Positions 40,435-53,900 of a DNA stretch of 64,000 nucleotides are shown one piece after another. The position numbers and the translations under genes were made by a program. The stretch is from Utricularia gibba (lineage: Eukaryota > Plantae > Magnoliophyta), in contig NEEC01000112.1 in NCBI GenBank assembly GCA_002189035.1, positions 11,495 to 75,494 on the forward strand. The letters run 5' to 3'. The notes under the pieces are model-generated. The model did no database searches, was not told the origin of the DNA, and saw only the letters and a program-made list of their open reading frames with translations. The stretch's first letter is position 1. Every line of letters begins with the position of its first letter.

Positions 40435-41935
40435 TCATGAGATCCTAACTTCAATAAAGGCATCACGATTTACGTCGAATGGGATCGGATTGTGCTGTGA
40501 AGTCAGACCGATCCTTGGGTCCGGACGAAGTTCCCAACAACAGCACCCGCAAAAAAACGACAACTTTTCCTCGAAAAAAGCATGTAGGCAGCCGCCGAAA
40601 ACCCAACGTTAATAAATGCATCACTTTTTTGGCCGGGCTACAAATGACTATGGGCCAGAGCGCGACTCGACCATTTGCTCGATACTAGTGCCAGCCTAGA
40701 GCGCCTCCTCAAATATAAATCAGGTTGTTGAGAAAACCATTTGGGGTGCTCATGACATCCTAACTTCAAAAAATGCATCACGATTTTCATCGAGTAGCAC
40801 CCGATTGGGCTCAGGAGCCAGACCGAACCTTGGGCCCTTACAAAGCTGCCAACGACAGCACCCGCCTTAAAATGGCAAGCTATTGCTTGAAAAACCATTC
40901 AGGCAGCCGCCGAAAACCCAACGTTGATAAATGCATCACTTATTTTCCGGGCTACAACTGACTATGGGCCATAGCCCGACCCGACCTCTGGCCCAATCCC
41001 GAAACCCCCAAGAGCGCCTTCTGAAATATAAAGTAGAGTGTTGAGAAAACCCGTTGGGGTTCTCATGACATCCTAACTAAAGCAAATGCATTACGATTTC
41101 GTCGAGTACGACCCGATTGGGCTTAGTAGCCAGACCGAATCTCGGGCCCTGACAAAGAGCTTAAAACGGCAAGCTGTTGCTTGAAAAACCATTTAGGCAG
41201 CCGCCGAAAACCCATCGTTGATAAATGCATCACTTATTTTCCGGGCTACAACTGACTAAGCCCGACCCGACCTCTGGCCCAATCCCGAGAGCGCCTTCTT
41301 GAGAAAACCCATTGGGGTTCTCATGACATCCTAACTAAAGCAAATGCATTACGATTTCGTCGAGTACGACCCGATTGGCTTAGTAGCCAGACCGAATCTC
41401 GGGCCCTGACAAAGCTCCCAACTACAGCACCCACCTTAAAACGGCAAGCTGTTGCTTGAAAAACCATTTAGGCAGCCGCCGAAAACCCATCGTTGATAAA
41501 TGCATCACTTATTTTCCGGGCTACAACTGACTATTGGCCTGAGCCCGACCCGACCTCTGGCCCAATCCCGAAACCCTCCGAGCGCCTTCTCAAATATATA
41601 GTGTTGAGAAAACCCATTGGGGTTCTCATGACATCCTAACTACATCAAATGCGTTACGATTTTCGTCGAGTGCGACCCGATTGGGCTTAGTAGCCAGACC
41701 GAATCTCGGGCCGGACAAAGCTCCCAACGACAGCACCCGACTTTAAATGGCAAGCTATTGCTTGAAAACCATGTGGGCAGCCGCCGACAACCAACGTTAA
41801 TAAATGCATCACTTCTTTTGCCGGGCTACAGCTGACTTGGGCTCAAGCCCGACCCGAATCCGGCCCGATCTCGGTGACCCACAAAAGCGCCTTGTCAAGT
41901 GTAAAGCATGCTGTTGAAAAAACCATTTGGGGTGG
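40435..41935 (+). repeat. 5-monomer variant HOR (A-B-C*-C-D) inside the homogeneous domain
   Basis: B-head ORF spacing jumps to 1500 bp (40773 to 42273). The extra C at 41063-41320 is 258 bp with several gaps. Confidence 0.85.
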
Positions 41936-44900
41936 TCATGAGATCCTAACTTCAATAAAGGCATCACGATTTACGTCGAATGGGATCGGATTGTGCTGTG
42001 AAGTCAGACCGAACCTTGGGTCCGGACGAAGTTCCCAACAACAGCACCGCAAAAAAACGACAACTTTTCCTCGAAAAAAGCATGTAGGCAGCCGCCGAAA
42101 ACCCAACGTTAATAAATGCATCACTTTTTTGGCCGGGCTACAAATGACTATGGGCCAGAGCGCGACTCGACCATTTGCTCGATACTAGTGCCAGCCTAGA
42201 GCGCCTCCTCAAATATAAATCAGGTTGTTGAGAAAACCATTTGGGGTGCTCATGACATCCTAACTTCAAAAAATGCATCACGATTTTCATCGAGTAGCAC
42301 CCGATTGGGCTCAGGAGCCAGACCGAACCTTGGGCCCTTACAAAGCTGCCAACGACAGCACCCGCCTTAAAATGGCAAGCTATTGCTTGAAAAACCATTC
42401 AGGCAGCCGCCGAAAACCCAACGTTGATAAATGCATCACTTATTTTCCGGGCTACAACTGACTATGGGCCATAGCCCGACCCGACCTCTGGCCCAATCCC
42501 GAAACCCCCCAAGAGCGCCTTCTGAAATATAAAGTAGAGTGTTGAGAAAACCCGTTGGGGTTCTCATGACATCCTAACTAAAGCAAATGCATTACGATTT
42601 CGTCGAGTACGACCCGATTGGGCTTAGTAGCCAGACCGAATCTCGGGCCCTGACAAAGCTCCCAACTACAGCACCCACCTTAAAACGGCAAGCTGTTGCT
42701 TGAAAAACCATTTAGGCAGCCGCCGAAAACCCATCGTTGATAAATGCATCACTTATTTTCCGGGCTACAACTGACTATTGGCCTGAGCCCGACCCGACCT
42801 CTGGCCCAATCCCGAAACCCTCCGAGGGCGCCTTCTCAAATATATAGCAGAGTGTTGAGAAAACCCATTGGGGTTCTCATGACATCCTAACTACATCAAA
42901 TGCGTTACGATTTTCGTCGAGTGCGACCCGATTGGGCTTAGTAGCCAGACCGAATCTCGGGCCGGACAAAGCTCCCAACGACAGCACCCGACTTTAAATG
43001 GCAAGCTATTGCTTGACAAACCATGTGGGCAGCCGCCGACAACCCAACGTTAATAAATGCATCACTTCTTTTGCCGGGCTACAGCTGACTTGGGCTCAAG
43101 CCCGACCCGAATCCGGCCCGATCTCGGTGACCCACAAAAGCGCCTTGTCAAGTGTAAAGCATGCTGTTGAAAAAACCATTTGGGGTGGTCATGAGATCCT
43201 AACTTCAATAAAGGCATCACGATTTTCGTCGAATGGGATCGGATTGTGCTGTGAAGTCAGACCGACCTTGGGTCCGGACGAAGTTCCCAACAACAGCACC
43301 CGCAAAAAAACGACAACTTTTCCTCGAAAAAAGCATGTAGGCAGCCGCCGAAAACCCAACGTTAATAAATGCATCACTTTTTTGGCCGGGCTACAAATGA
43401 CTATGGGCCAGAGCGCGACTCGACCATTTGCTCGATACTAGTGCCAGCCTAGAGCGCCTCCTCAAATATAAATCAGGTTGTTGAGAAAACCATTTGGGGT
43501 GCTCATGACATCCTAACTTCAAAAAATGCATCACGATTTTCATCGAGTAGCACCCGATTGGGCTCAGGAGCCAGACCGAACCTTGGGCCCTTACAAAGCT
43601 GCCAACGACAGCACCCGCCTTAAAATGGCAAGCTATTGCTTGAAAAACCATTCAGGCAGCCGCCGAAAACCCAACGTTGATAAATGCATCACTTATTTTC
43701 CGGGCTACAACTGACTATGGGCCATAGCCCGACCCGACCTCTGGCCCAATCCCGAAACCCCCCAAGAGCGCCTTCTGAAATATAAAGTAGAGTGTTGAGA
43801 AAACCCGTTGGGGTTCTCATGACATCCTAACTAAAGCAAATGCATTACGATTTCGTCGAGTACGACCCGATTGGGCTTAGTAGCCAGACCGAATCTCGGG
43901 CCCTGACAAAGCTCCCAACTACAGCACCCACCTTAAAACGGCAAGCTGTTGCTTGAAAAACCATTTAGGCAGCCGCCGAAAACCCATCGTTGATAAATGC
44001 ATCACTTATTTTCCGGGCTACAACTGACTATTGGCCTGAGCCCGACCCGACCTCTGGCCCAATCCCGAAACCCTCCGAGGGCGCCTTCTCAAATATATAG
44101 CAGAGTGTTGAGAAAACCCATTGGGGTTCTCATGACATCCTAACTACATCAAATGCGTTACGATTTTCGTCGAGTGCGACCCGATTGGGCTTAGTAGCCA
44201 GACCGAATCTCGGGCCGGACAAAGCTCCCAACGACAGCACCCGACTTTAAATGGCAAGCTATTGCTTGACAAACCATGTGGGCAGCCGCCGACAACCCAA
44301 CGTTAATAAATGCATCACTTCTTTTGCCGGGCTACAGCTGACTTTGGGCTCAAGCCCGACCCGAATCCGGCCCGATCTCGGTGACCCACAAAAGCGCCTT
44401 GTCAAGTGTAAAGCATGCTGTTGAAAAAACCATTTGGGGTGGTCATGAGATCCTAACTTCAATAAAGGCATCACGATTTCGTCGAATGGGATCGGATTGT
44501 GCTGTGAAGTCAGACCGATCCTTGGGTCCGGACGAAGTTCCCAACAACAGCACCCGCAAAAAAACGACAACTTTTCCTCGAAAAAAGCATGTAGGCAGCC
44601 GCCGAAAACCCAACGTTAATAAATGCATCACTTTTTTGGCCGGGCTACAAATGACTATGGGCCAGAGCGCGACTCGACCATTTGCTCGATACTAGTGCCA
44701 GCCTAGAGCGCCTCCTCAAATATAAATCAGGTTGTTGAGAAAACCATTTGGGGTGCTCATGACATCCTAACTTCAAAAAATGCATCACGATTTTCATCGA
44801 GTAGCACCCGATTGGGCTCAGGAGCCAGACCGAACCTTGGGCCCTTACAAAGCTGCCAACGACAGCACCCGCCTTAAAATGGCAAGCTATTGCTTGAAAA

Positions 44901-47900
44901 ACCATTCAGGCAGCCGCCGAAAACCCAACGTTGATAAATGCATCACTTATTTTCCGGGCTACAACTGACTATGGGCCATAGCCCGACCCGACCTCTGGCC
45001 CAATCCCGAAACCCCCAAGAGCGCCTTCTGAAATATAAAGTAGAGTGTTGAGAAAACCCGTTGGGGTTCTCATGACATCCTAACTAAAGCAAATGCATTA
45101 CGATTTCGTCGAGTACGACCCGATTGGGCTTAGTAGCCAGACCGAATCTCGGGCCCTGACAAAGCTCCCAACTACAGCACCCACCTTAAAACGGCAAGCT
45201 GTTGCTTGAAAAACCATTTAGGCAGCCGCCGAAAACCCATCGTTGATAAATGCATCACTTATTTTCCGGGCTACAACTGACTATTGGCCTGAGCCCGACC
45301 CGACCTCTGGCCCAATCCCGAAACCCTCCGAGGGCGCCTTCTCAAATATATAGCAGAGTGTTGAGAAAACCCATTGGGGTTCTCATGACATCCTAACTAC
45401 ATCAAATGCGTTACGATTTTCGTCGAGTGCGACCCGATTGGGCTTAGTAGCCAGACCGAATCTCGGGCCGGACAAAGCTCCCAACGACAGCACCCGCTTT
45501 AAATGGCAAGCTATTGCTTGAAAACCATGTGGGCAGCCGCCGACAACCCAACGTTAATAAATGCATCACTTCTTTTGCCGGGCTACAGCTGACTTTGGGC
45601 TCAAGCCCGACCCGAATCCGGCCCGATCTCGGTGACCCACAAAAGCGCCTTGTCAAGTGTAAAGCATGCTGTTGAAAAAACCATTTGGGGTGGTCATGAG
45701 ATCCTAACTTCAATAAAGGCATCACGATTTTCGTCGAATGGGATCGGATTGTGCTGTGAAGTCAGACCGATCCTTGGGTCCGGACGAAGTTCCCAACAAC
45801 AGCACCCGCAAAAAAACGACAACTTTTCCTCGAAAAAAGCATGTAGGCAGCCGCCGAAAACCCAACGTTAATAAATGCATCACTTTTTTGGCCGGGCTAC
45901 AAATGACTATGGGCCAGAGCGCGACTCGACCATTTGCTCGATACTAGTGCCAGCCTAGAGCGCCTCCTCAAATATAAATCAGGTTGTTGAGAAAACCATT
46001 TGGGGTGCTCATGACATCCTAACTTCAAAAAATGCATCACGATTTTCATCGAGTAGCACCCGATTGGGCTCAGGAGCCAGACCGAACCTTGGGCCCTTAC
46101 AAAGCTGCCAACGACAGCACCCGCCTTAAAATGGCAAGCTATTGCTTGAAAAACCATTCAGGCAGCCGCCGAAAACCCAACGTTGATAAATGCATCACTT
46201 ATTTTCCGGGCTACAACTGACTATGGGCCATAGCCCGACCCGACCTCTGGCCCAATCCCGAAACCCCCAAGAGCGCCTTCTGAAATATAAAGTAGAGTGT
46301 TGAGAAAACCCGTTGGGGTTCTCATGACATCCTAACTAAAGCAAATGCATTACGATTTCGTCGAGTACGACCCGATTGGGCTTAGTAGCCAGACCGAATC
46401 TCGGGCCCTGACAAAGCTCCCAACTACAGCACCCACCTTAAAACGGCAAGCTGTTGCTTGAAAAACCATTTAGGCAGCCGCCGAAAACCCATCGTTGATA
46501 AATGCATCACTTATTTTCCGGGCTACAACTGACTATTGGCCTGAGCCCGACCCGACCTCTGGCCCAATCCCGAAACCCTCCGAGGGCGCCTTCTCAAATA
46601 TATAGCAGAGTGTTGAGAAAACCCATTGGGGTTCTCATGACATCCTAACTACATCAAATGCGTTACGATTTTCGTCGAGTGCGACCCGATTGGGCTTAGT
46701 AGCCAGACCGAATCTCGGGCCGGACAAAGCTCCCAACGACAGCACCCGACTTTAAATGGCAAGCTATTGCTTGACAAACCATGTGGGCAGCCGCCGACAA
46801 CCCAACGTTAATAAATGCATCACTTCTTTTGCCGGGCTACAGCTGACTTTGGGCTCAAGCCCGACCCGAATCCGGCCCGATCTCGGTGACCCACAAAAGC
46901 GCCTTGTCAAGTGTAAAGCATGCTGTTGAAAAAACCATTTGGGGTGGTCATGAGATCCTAACTTCAATAAAGGCATCACGATTTTCGTCGAATGGGATCG
47001 GATTGTGCTGTGAAGTCAGACCGATCCTTGGGTCCGGACGAAGTTCCCAACAACAGCACCCGCAAAAAAACGACAACTTTTCCTCGAAAAAAGCATGTAG
47101 GCAGCCGCCGAAAACCCAACGTTAATAAATGCATCACTTTTTTGGCCGGGCTACAAATGACTATGGGCCAGAGCGCGACTCGACCATTTGCTCGATACTA
47201 GTGCCAGCCTAGAGCGCCTCCTCAAATATAAATCAGGTTGTTGAGAAAACCATTTGGGGTGCTCATGACATCCTAACTTCAAAAAAATGCATCACGATTT
47301 TCATCGAGTAGCACCCGATTGGGCTCAGGAGCCAGACCGAACCTTGGGCCCTTACAAAGCTGCCAACGACAGCACCCGCCTTAAAATGGCAAGCTATTGC
47401 TTGAAAAACCATTCAGGCAGCCGCCGAAAACCCAACGTTGATAAATGCATCACTTATTTTCCGGGCTACAACTGACTATGGGCCATAGCCCGACCCGACC
47501 TCTGGCCCAATCCCGAAACCCCCAAGAGCGCCTTCTGAAATATAAAGTAGAGTGTTGAGAAAACCCGTTGGGGTTCTCATGACATCCTAACTAAAGCAAA
47601 TGCATTACGATTTCGTCGAGTACGACCCGATTGGGCTTAGTAGCCAGACCGAATCTCGGGCCCTGACAAAGCTCCCAACTACAGCACCCACCTTAAAACG
47701 GCAAGCTGTTGCTTGAAAAACCATTTAGGCAGCCGCCGAAAACCCATCGTTGATAAATGCATCACTTATTTTCCGGGCTACAACTGACTATTGGCCTGAG
47801 CCCGACCCGACCTCTGGCCCAATCCCGAAACCCTCCGAGGGCGCCTTCTCAAATATATAGCAGAGTGTTGAGAAAACCCATTGGGGTTCTCATGACATCC

Positions 47901-50900
47901 TAACTACATCAAATGCGTTACGATTTTCGTCGAGTGCGACCCGATTGGGCTTAGTAGCCAGACCGAATCTCGGGCCGGACAAAGCTCCCAACGACAGCAC
48001 CCGACTTTAAATGGCAAGCTATTGCTTGAAAACCATGTGGGCAGCCGCCGACAACCCAACGTTAATAAATGCATCACTTCTTTTGCCGGGCTACAGCTGA
48101 CTTTGGGCTCAAGCCCGACCCGAATCCGGCCCGATCTCGGTGACCCACAAAAGCGCCTTGTCAAGTGTAAAGCATGCTGTTGAAAAAACCATTTGGGGTG
48201 GTCATGAGATCCTAACTTCAATAAAGGCATCACGATTTTCGTCGAATGGGATCGGATTGTGCTGTGAAGTCAGACCGAACCTTGGGTCCGGACGAAGTTC
48301 CCAACAACAGCACCCGCAAAAAAACGACAACTTTTCCTCGAAAAAAGCATGTAGGCAGCCGCCGAAAACCCAACGTTAATAAATGCATCACTTTTTTGGC
48401 CGGGCTACAAATGACTATGGGCCAGAGCGCGACTCGACCATTTGCTCGATACTAGTGCCAGCCTAGAGCGCCTCCTCAAATATAAATCAGGTTGTTGAGA
48501 AAACCATTTGGGGTGCTCATGACATCCTAACTTCAAAAAATGCATCACGATTTTCATCGAGTAGCACCCGATTGGGCTCAGGAGCCAGACCGAACCTTGG
48601 GCCCTTACAAAGCTGCCAACGACAGCACCCGCCTTAAAATGGCAAGCTATTGCTTGAAAAACCATTCAGGCAGCCGCCGAAAACCCAACGTTGATAAATG
48701 CATCACTTATTTTCCGGGCTACAACTGACTATGGGCCATAGCCCGACCCGACCTCTGGCCCAATCCCGAAACCCCCAAGAGCGCCTTCTGAAATATAAAG
48801 TAGAGTGTTGAGAAAACCCGTTGGGGTTCTCATGACATCCTAACTAAAGCAAATGCATTACGATTTCGTCGAGTACGACCCGATTGGGCTTAGTAGCCAG
48901 ACCGAATCTCGGGCCCTGACAAAGCTCCCAACTACAGCACCCACCTTAAAACGGCAAGCTGTTGCTTGAAAAACCATTTAGGCAGCCGCCGAAAACCCAT
49001 CGTTGATAAATGCATCACTTATTTTCCGGGCTACAACTGACTATTGGCCTGAGCCCGACCCGACCTCTGGCCCAATCCCGAAACCCTCCGAGGGCGCCTT
49101 CTCAAATATATAGCAGAGTGTTGAGAAAACCCATTGGGGTTCTCATGACATCCTAACTACATCAAATGCGTTACGATTTTCGTCGAGTGCGACCCGATTG
49201 GGCTTAGTAGCCAGACCGAATCTCGGGCCGGACAAAGCTCCCAACGACAGCACCCGCCTTTAAATGGCAAGCTATTGCTTGACAAACCATGTGGGCAGCC
49301 GCCGACAACCCAACGTTAATAAATGCATCACTTCTTTTGCCGGGCTACAGCTGACTTGGGCTCAAGCCCGACCCGAATCCGGCCCGATCTCGGTGACCCA
49401 CAAAAGCGCCTTGTCAAGTGTAAAGCATGCTGTTGAAAAAACCATTTGGGGTGGTCATGAGATCCTAACTTCAATAAAGGCATCACGATTTTCGTCGAAT
49501 GGGATCGGATTGTGCTGTGAAGTCAGACCGATCCTTGGGTCCGGACGAAGTTCCCAACAACAGCACCCGCAAAAAAACGACAACTTTTCCTCGAAAAAAG
49601 CATGTAGGCAGCCGCCGAAAACCCAACGTTAATAAATGCATCACTTTTTTGGCCGGGCTACAAATGACTATGGGCCAGAGCGCGACTCGACCATTTGCTC
49701 GATACTAGTGCCAGCCTAGAGCGCCTCCTCAAATATAAATCAGGTTGTTGAGAAAACCATTTGGGGTGCTCATGACATCCTAACTTCAAAAAATGCATCA
49801 CGATTTTCATCGAGTAGCACCCGATTGGGCTCAGGAGCCAGACCGAACCTTGGGCCCTTACAAAGCTGCCAACGACAGCACCCGCCTTAAAATGGCAAGC
49901 TATTGCTTGAAAAACCATTCAGGCAGCCGCCGAAAACCCAACGTTGATAAATGCATCACTTATTTTCCGGGCTACAACTGACTATGGGCCATAGCCCGAC
50001 CCGACCTCTGGCCCAATCCCGAAACCCCCCAAGAGCGCCTTCTGAAATATAAAGTAGAGTGTTGAGAAAACCCGTTGGGGTTCTCATGACATCCTAACTA
50101 AAGCAAATGCATTACGATTTCGTCGAGTACGACCCGATTGGGCTTAGTAGCCAGACCGAATCTCGGGCCCTGACAAAGCTCCCAACTACAGCACCCACCT
50201 TAAAACGGCAAGCTGTTGCTTGAAAAACCATTTAGGCAGCCGCCGAAAACCCATCGTTGATAAATGCATCACTTATTTTCCGGGCTACAACTGACTATTG
50301 GCCTGAGCCCGACCCGACCTCTGGCCCAATCCCGAAACCCTCCGAGGGCGCCTTCTCAAATATATAGCAGAGTGTTGAGAAAACCCATTGGGGTTCTCAT
50401 GACATCCTAACTACATCAAATGCGTTACGATTTTCGTCGAGTGCGACCCGATTGGGCTTAGTAGCCAGACCGAATCTCGGGCCGGACAAAGCTCCCAACG
50501 ACAGCACCCGACTTTAAATGGCAAGCTATTGCTTGACAAACCATGTGGGCAGCCGCCGACAACCCAACGTTAATAAATGCATCACTTCTTTTGCCGGGCT
50601 ACAGCTGACTTTGGGCTCAAGCCCGACCCGAATCCGGCCCGATCTCGGTGACCCACAAAAGCGCCTTGTCAAGTGTAAAGCATGCTGTTGAAAAAACCAT
50701 TTGGGGTGGTCATGAGATCCTAACTTCAATAAAGGCATGTCACGATTTTCGTCGGGATCGGATTGTGCTGTGAAGTCAGACCGATCCTTGGGTCCGGACG
50801 AAGTTCCCAACAACAGCACCCGCAAAAAAACGACAACTTTTCCTCGAAAAAAGCATGTAGGCAGCCGCCGAAAACCCAACGTTAATAAATGCATCACTTT

Positions 50901-53900
50901 TTTGGCCGGGCTACAAATGACTATGGGCCAGAGCGCGACTCGACCATTTGCTCGATACTAGTGCCAGCCTAGAGCGCCTCCTCAAATATAAATCAGGTTG
51001 TTGAGAAAACCATTTGGGGTGCTCATGACATCCTAACTTCAAAAAATGCATCACGATTTTCATCGAGTAGCACCCGATTGGGCTCAGGAGCCAGACCGAA
51101 CCTTGGGCCCTTACAAAGCTGCCAACGACAGCACCCGCCTTAAAATGGCAAGCTATTGCTTGAAAAACCATTCAGGCAGCCGCCGAAAACCCAACGTTGA
51201 TAAATGCATCACTTATTTTCCGGGCTACAACTGACTATGGGCCATAGCCCGACCCGACCTCTGGCCCAATCCCGAAACCCCCAAGAGCGCCTTCTGAAAT
51301 ATAAAGTAGAGTGTTGAGAAAACCCGTTGGGGTTCTCATGACATCCTAACTAAAGCAAATGCATTACGATTTCGTCGAGTACGACCCGATTGGGCTTAGT
51401 AGCCAGACCGAATCTCGGGCCCTGACAAAGCTCCCAACTACAGCACCCACCTTAAAACGGCAAGCTGTTGCTTGAAAAACCATTTAGGCAGCCGCCGAAA
51501 ACCCATCGTTGATAAATGCATCACTTATTTTCCGGGCTACAACTGACTATTGGCCTGAGCCCGACCCGACCTCTGGCCCAATCCCGAAACCCTCCGAGGG
51601 CGCCTTCTCAAATATATAGCAGAGTGTTGAGAAAACCCATTGGGGTTCTCATGACATCCTAACTACATCAAATGCGTTACGATTTTCGTCGAGTGCGACC
51701 CGATTGGGCTTAGTAGCCAGACCGAATCTCGGGCCGGACAAAGCTCCCAACGACAGCACCCGACTTTAAATGGCAAGCTATTGCTTGAAAAACCATGTGG
51801 GCAGCCGCCGACAACCCAACGTTAATAAATGCATCACTTCTTTTGCCGGGCTACAGCTGACTTTGGGCTCAAGCCCGACCCGAATCCGGCCCGATCTCGG
51901 TGACCCACAAAAGCGCCTTGTCAAGTGTAAAGCATGCTGTTGAAAAAACCATTTGGGGTGGTCATGAGATCCTAACTTCAATAAAGGCATCACGATTTCG
52001 TCGAATGGGATCGGATTGTGCTGTGAAGTCAGACCGACCTTGGGTCCGGACGAAGTTCCCAACAACAGCACCCGCAAAAAAACGACAACTTTTCCTCGAA
52101 AAAAGCATGTAGGCAGCCGCCGAAAACCCAACGTTAATAAATGCATCACTTTTTTGGCCGGGCTACAAATGACTATGGGCCAGAGCGCGACTCGACCATT
52201 TGCTCGATACTAGTGCCAGCCTAGAGCGCCTCCTCAAATATAAATCAGGTTGTTGAGAAAACCATTTGGGGTGCTCATGACATCCTAACTTCAAAAAATG
52301 CATCACGATTTTCATCGAGTAGCACCCGATTGGGCTCAGGAGCCAGACCGAACCTTGGGCCCTTACAAAGCTGCCAACGACAGCACCCGCCTTAAAATGG
52401 CAAGCTATTGCTTGAAAAACCATTCAGGCAGCCGCCGAAAACCCAACGTTGATAAATGCATCACTTATTTTCCGGGCTACAACTGACTATGGGCCATAGC
52501 CCGACCCGACCTCTGGCCCAATCCCGAAACCCCCAAGAGCGCCTTCTGAAATATAAAGTAGAGTGTTGAGAAAACCCGTTGGGGTTCTCATGACATCCTA
52601 ACTAAAGCAAATGCATTACGATTTCGTCGAGTACGACCCGATTGGGCTTAGTAGCCAGACCGAATCTCGGGCCCTGACAAAGCTCCCAACTACAGCACCC
52701 ACCTTAAAACGGCAAGCTGTTGCTTGAAAAACCATTTAGGCAGCCGCCGAAAACCCATCGTTGATAAATGCATCACTTATTTTCCGGGCTACAACTGACT
52801 ATTGGCCTGAGCCCGACCCGACCTCTGGCCCAATCCCGAAACCCTCCGAGGGCGCCTTCTCAAATATATAGCAGAGTGTTGAGAAAACCCATTGGGGTTC
52901 TCATGACATCCTAACTACATCAAATGCGTTACGATTTTCGTCGAGTGCGACCCGATTGGGCTTAGTAGCCAGACCGAATCTCGGGCCGGACAAAGCTCCC
53001 AACGACAGCACCCGACTTTAAATGGCAAGCTATTGCTTGACAAACCATGTGGGCAGCCGCCGACAACCCAACGTTAATAAATGCATCACTTCTTTTGCCG
53101 GGCTACAGCTGACTTTGGGCTCAAGCCCGACCCGAATCCGGCCCGATCTCGGTGACCCACAAAAGCGCCTTGTCAAGTGTAAAGCATGCTGTTGAAAAAA
53201 CCATTTGGGGTGGTCATGAGATCCTAACTTCAATAAAGGCATCACGATTTCGTCGAATGGGATCGGATTGTGCTGTGAAGTCAGACCGACCTTGGGTCCG
53301 GACGAAGTTCCCAACAACAGCACCCGCAAAAAAACGACAACTTTTCCTCGAAAAAAGCATGTAGGCAGCCGCCGAAAACAACGTTAATAAATGCATCACT
53401 TTTTTGGCCGGGCTACAAATGACTATGGGCCAGAGCGCGACTCGACCATTTGCTCGATACTAGTGCCAGCCTAGAGCGCCTCCTCAAATATAAATCAGGT
53501 TGTTGAGAAAACCATTTGGGGTGCTCATGACATCCTAACTTCAAAAAATGCATCACGATTTTCATCGAGTAGCACCCGATTGGGCTCAGGAGCCAGACCG
53601 AACCTTGGGCCCTTACAAAGCTGCCAACGACAGCACCCGCCTTAAAATGGCAAGCTATTGCTTGAAAAACCGGGCAGCCGCCGCCCAACGTTGATAAATG
53701 CATCACTTATTTTCCGGGCTACAACTGACTATGGGCCATAGCCCGACCCGACCTCTGGCCCAATCCCGAAACCCCCCAAGAGCGCCTTCTGAAATATAAA
53801 GTAGAGTGTTGAGAAAACCCGTTGGGGTTCTCATGACATCCTAACTAAAGCAAATGCATTACGATTTCGTCGAGTACGACCCGATTGGGCTTAGTAGCCA

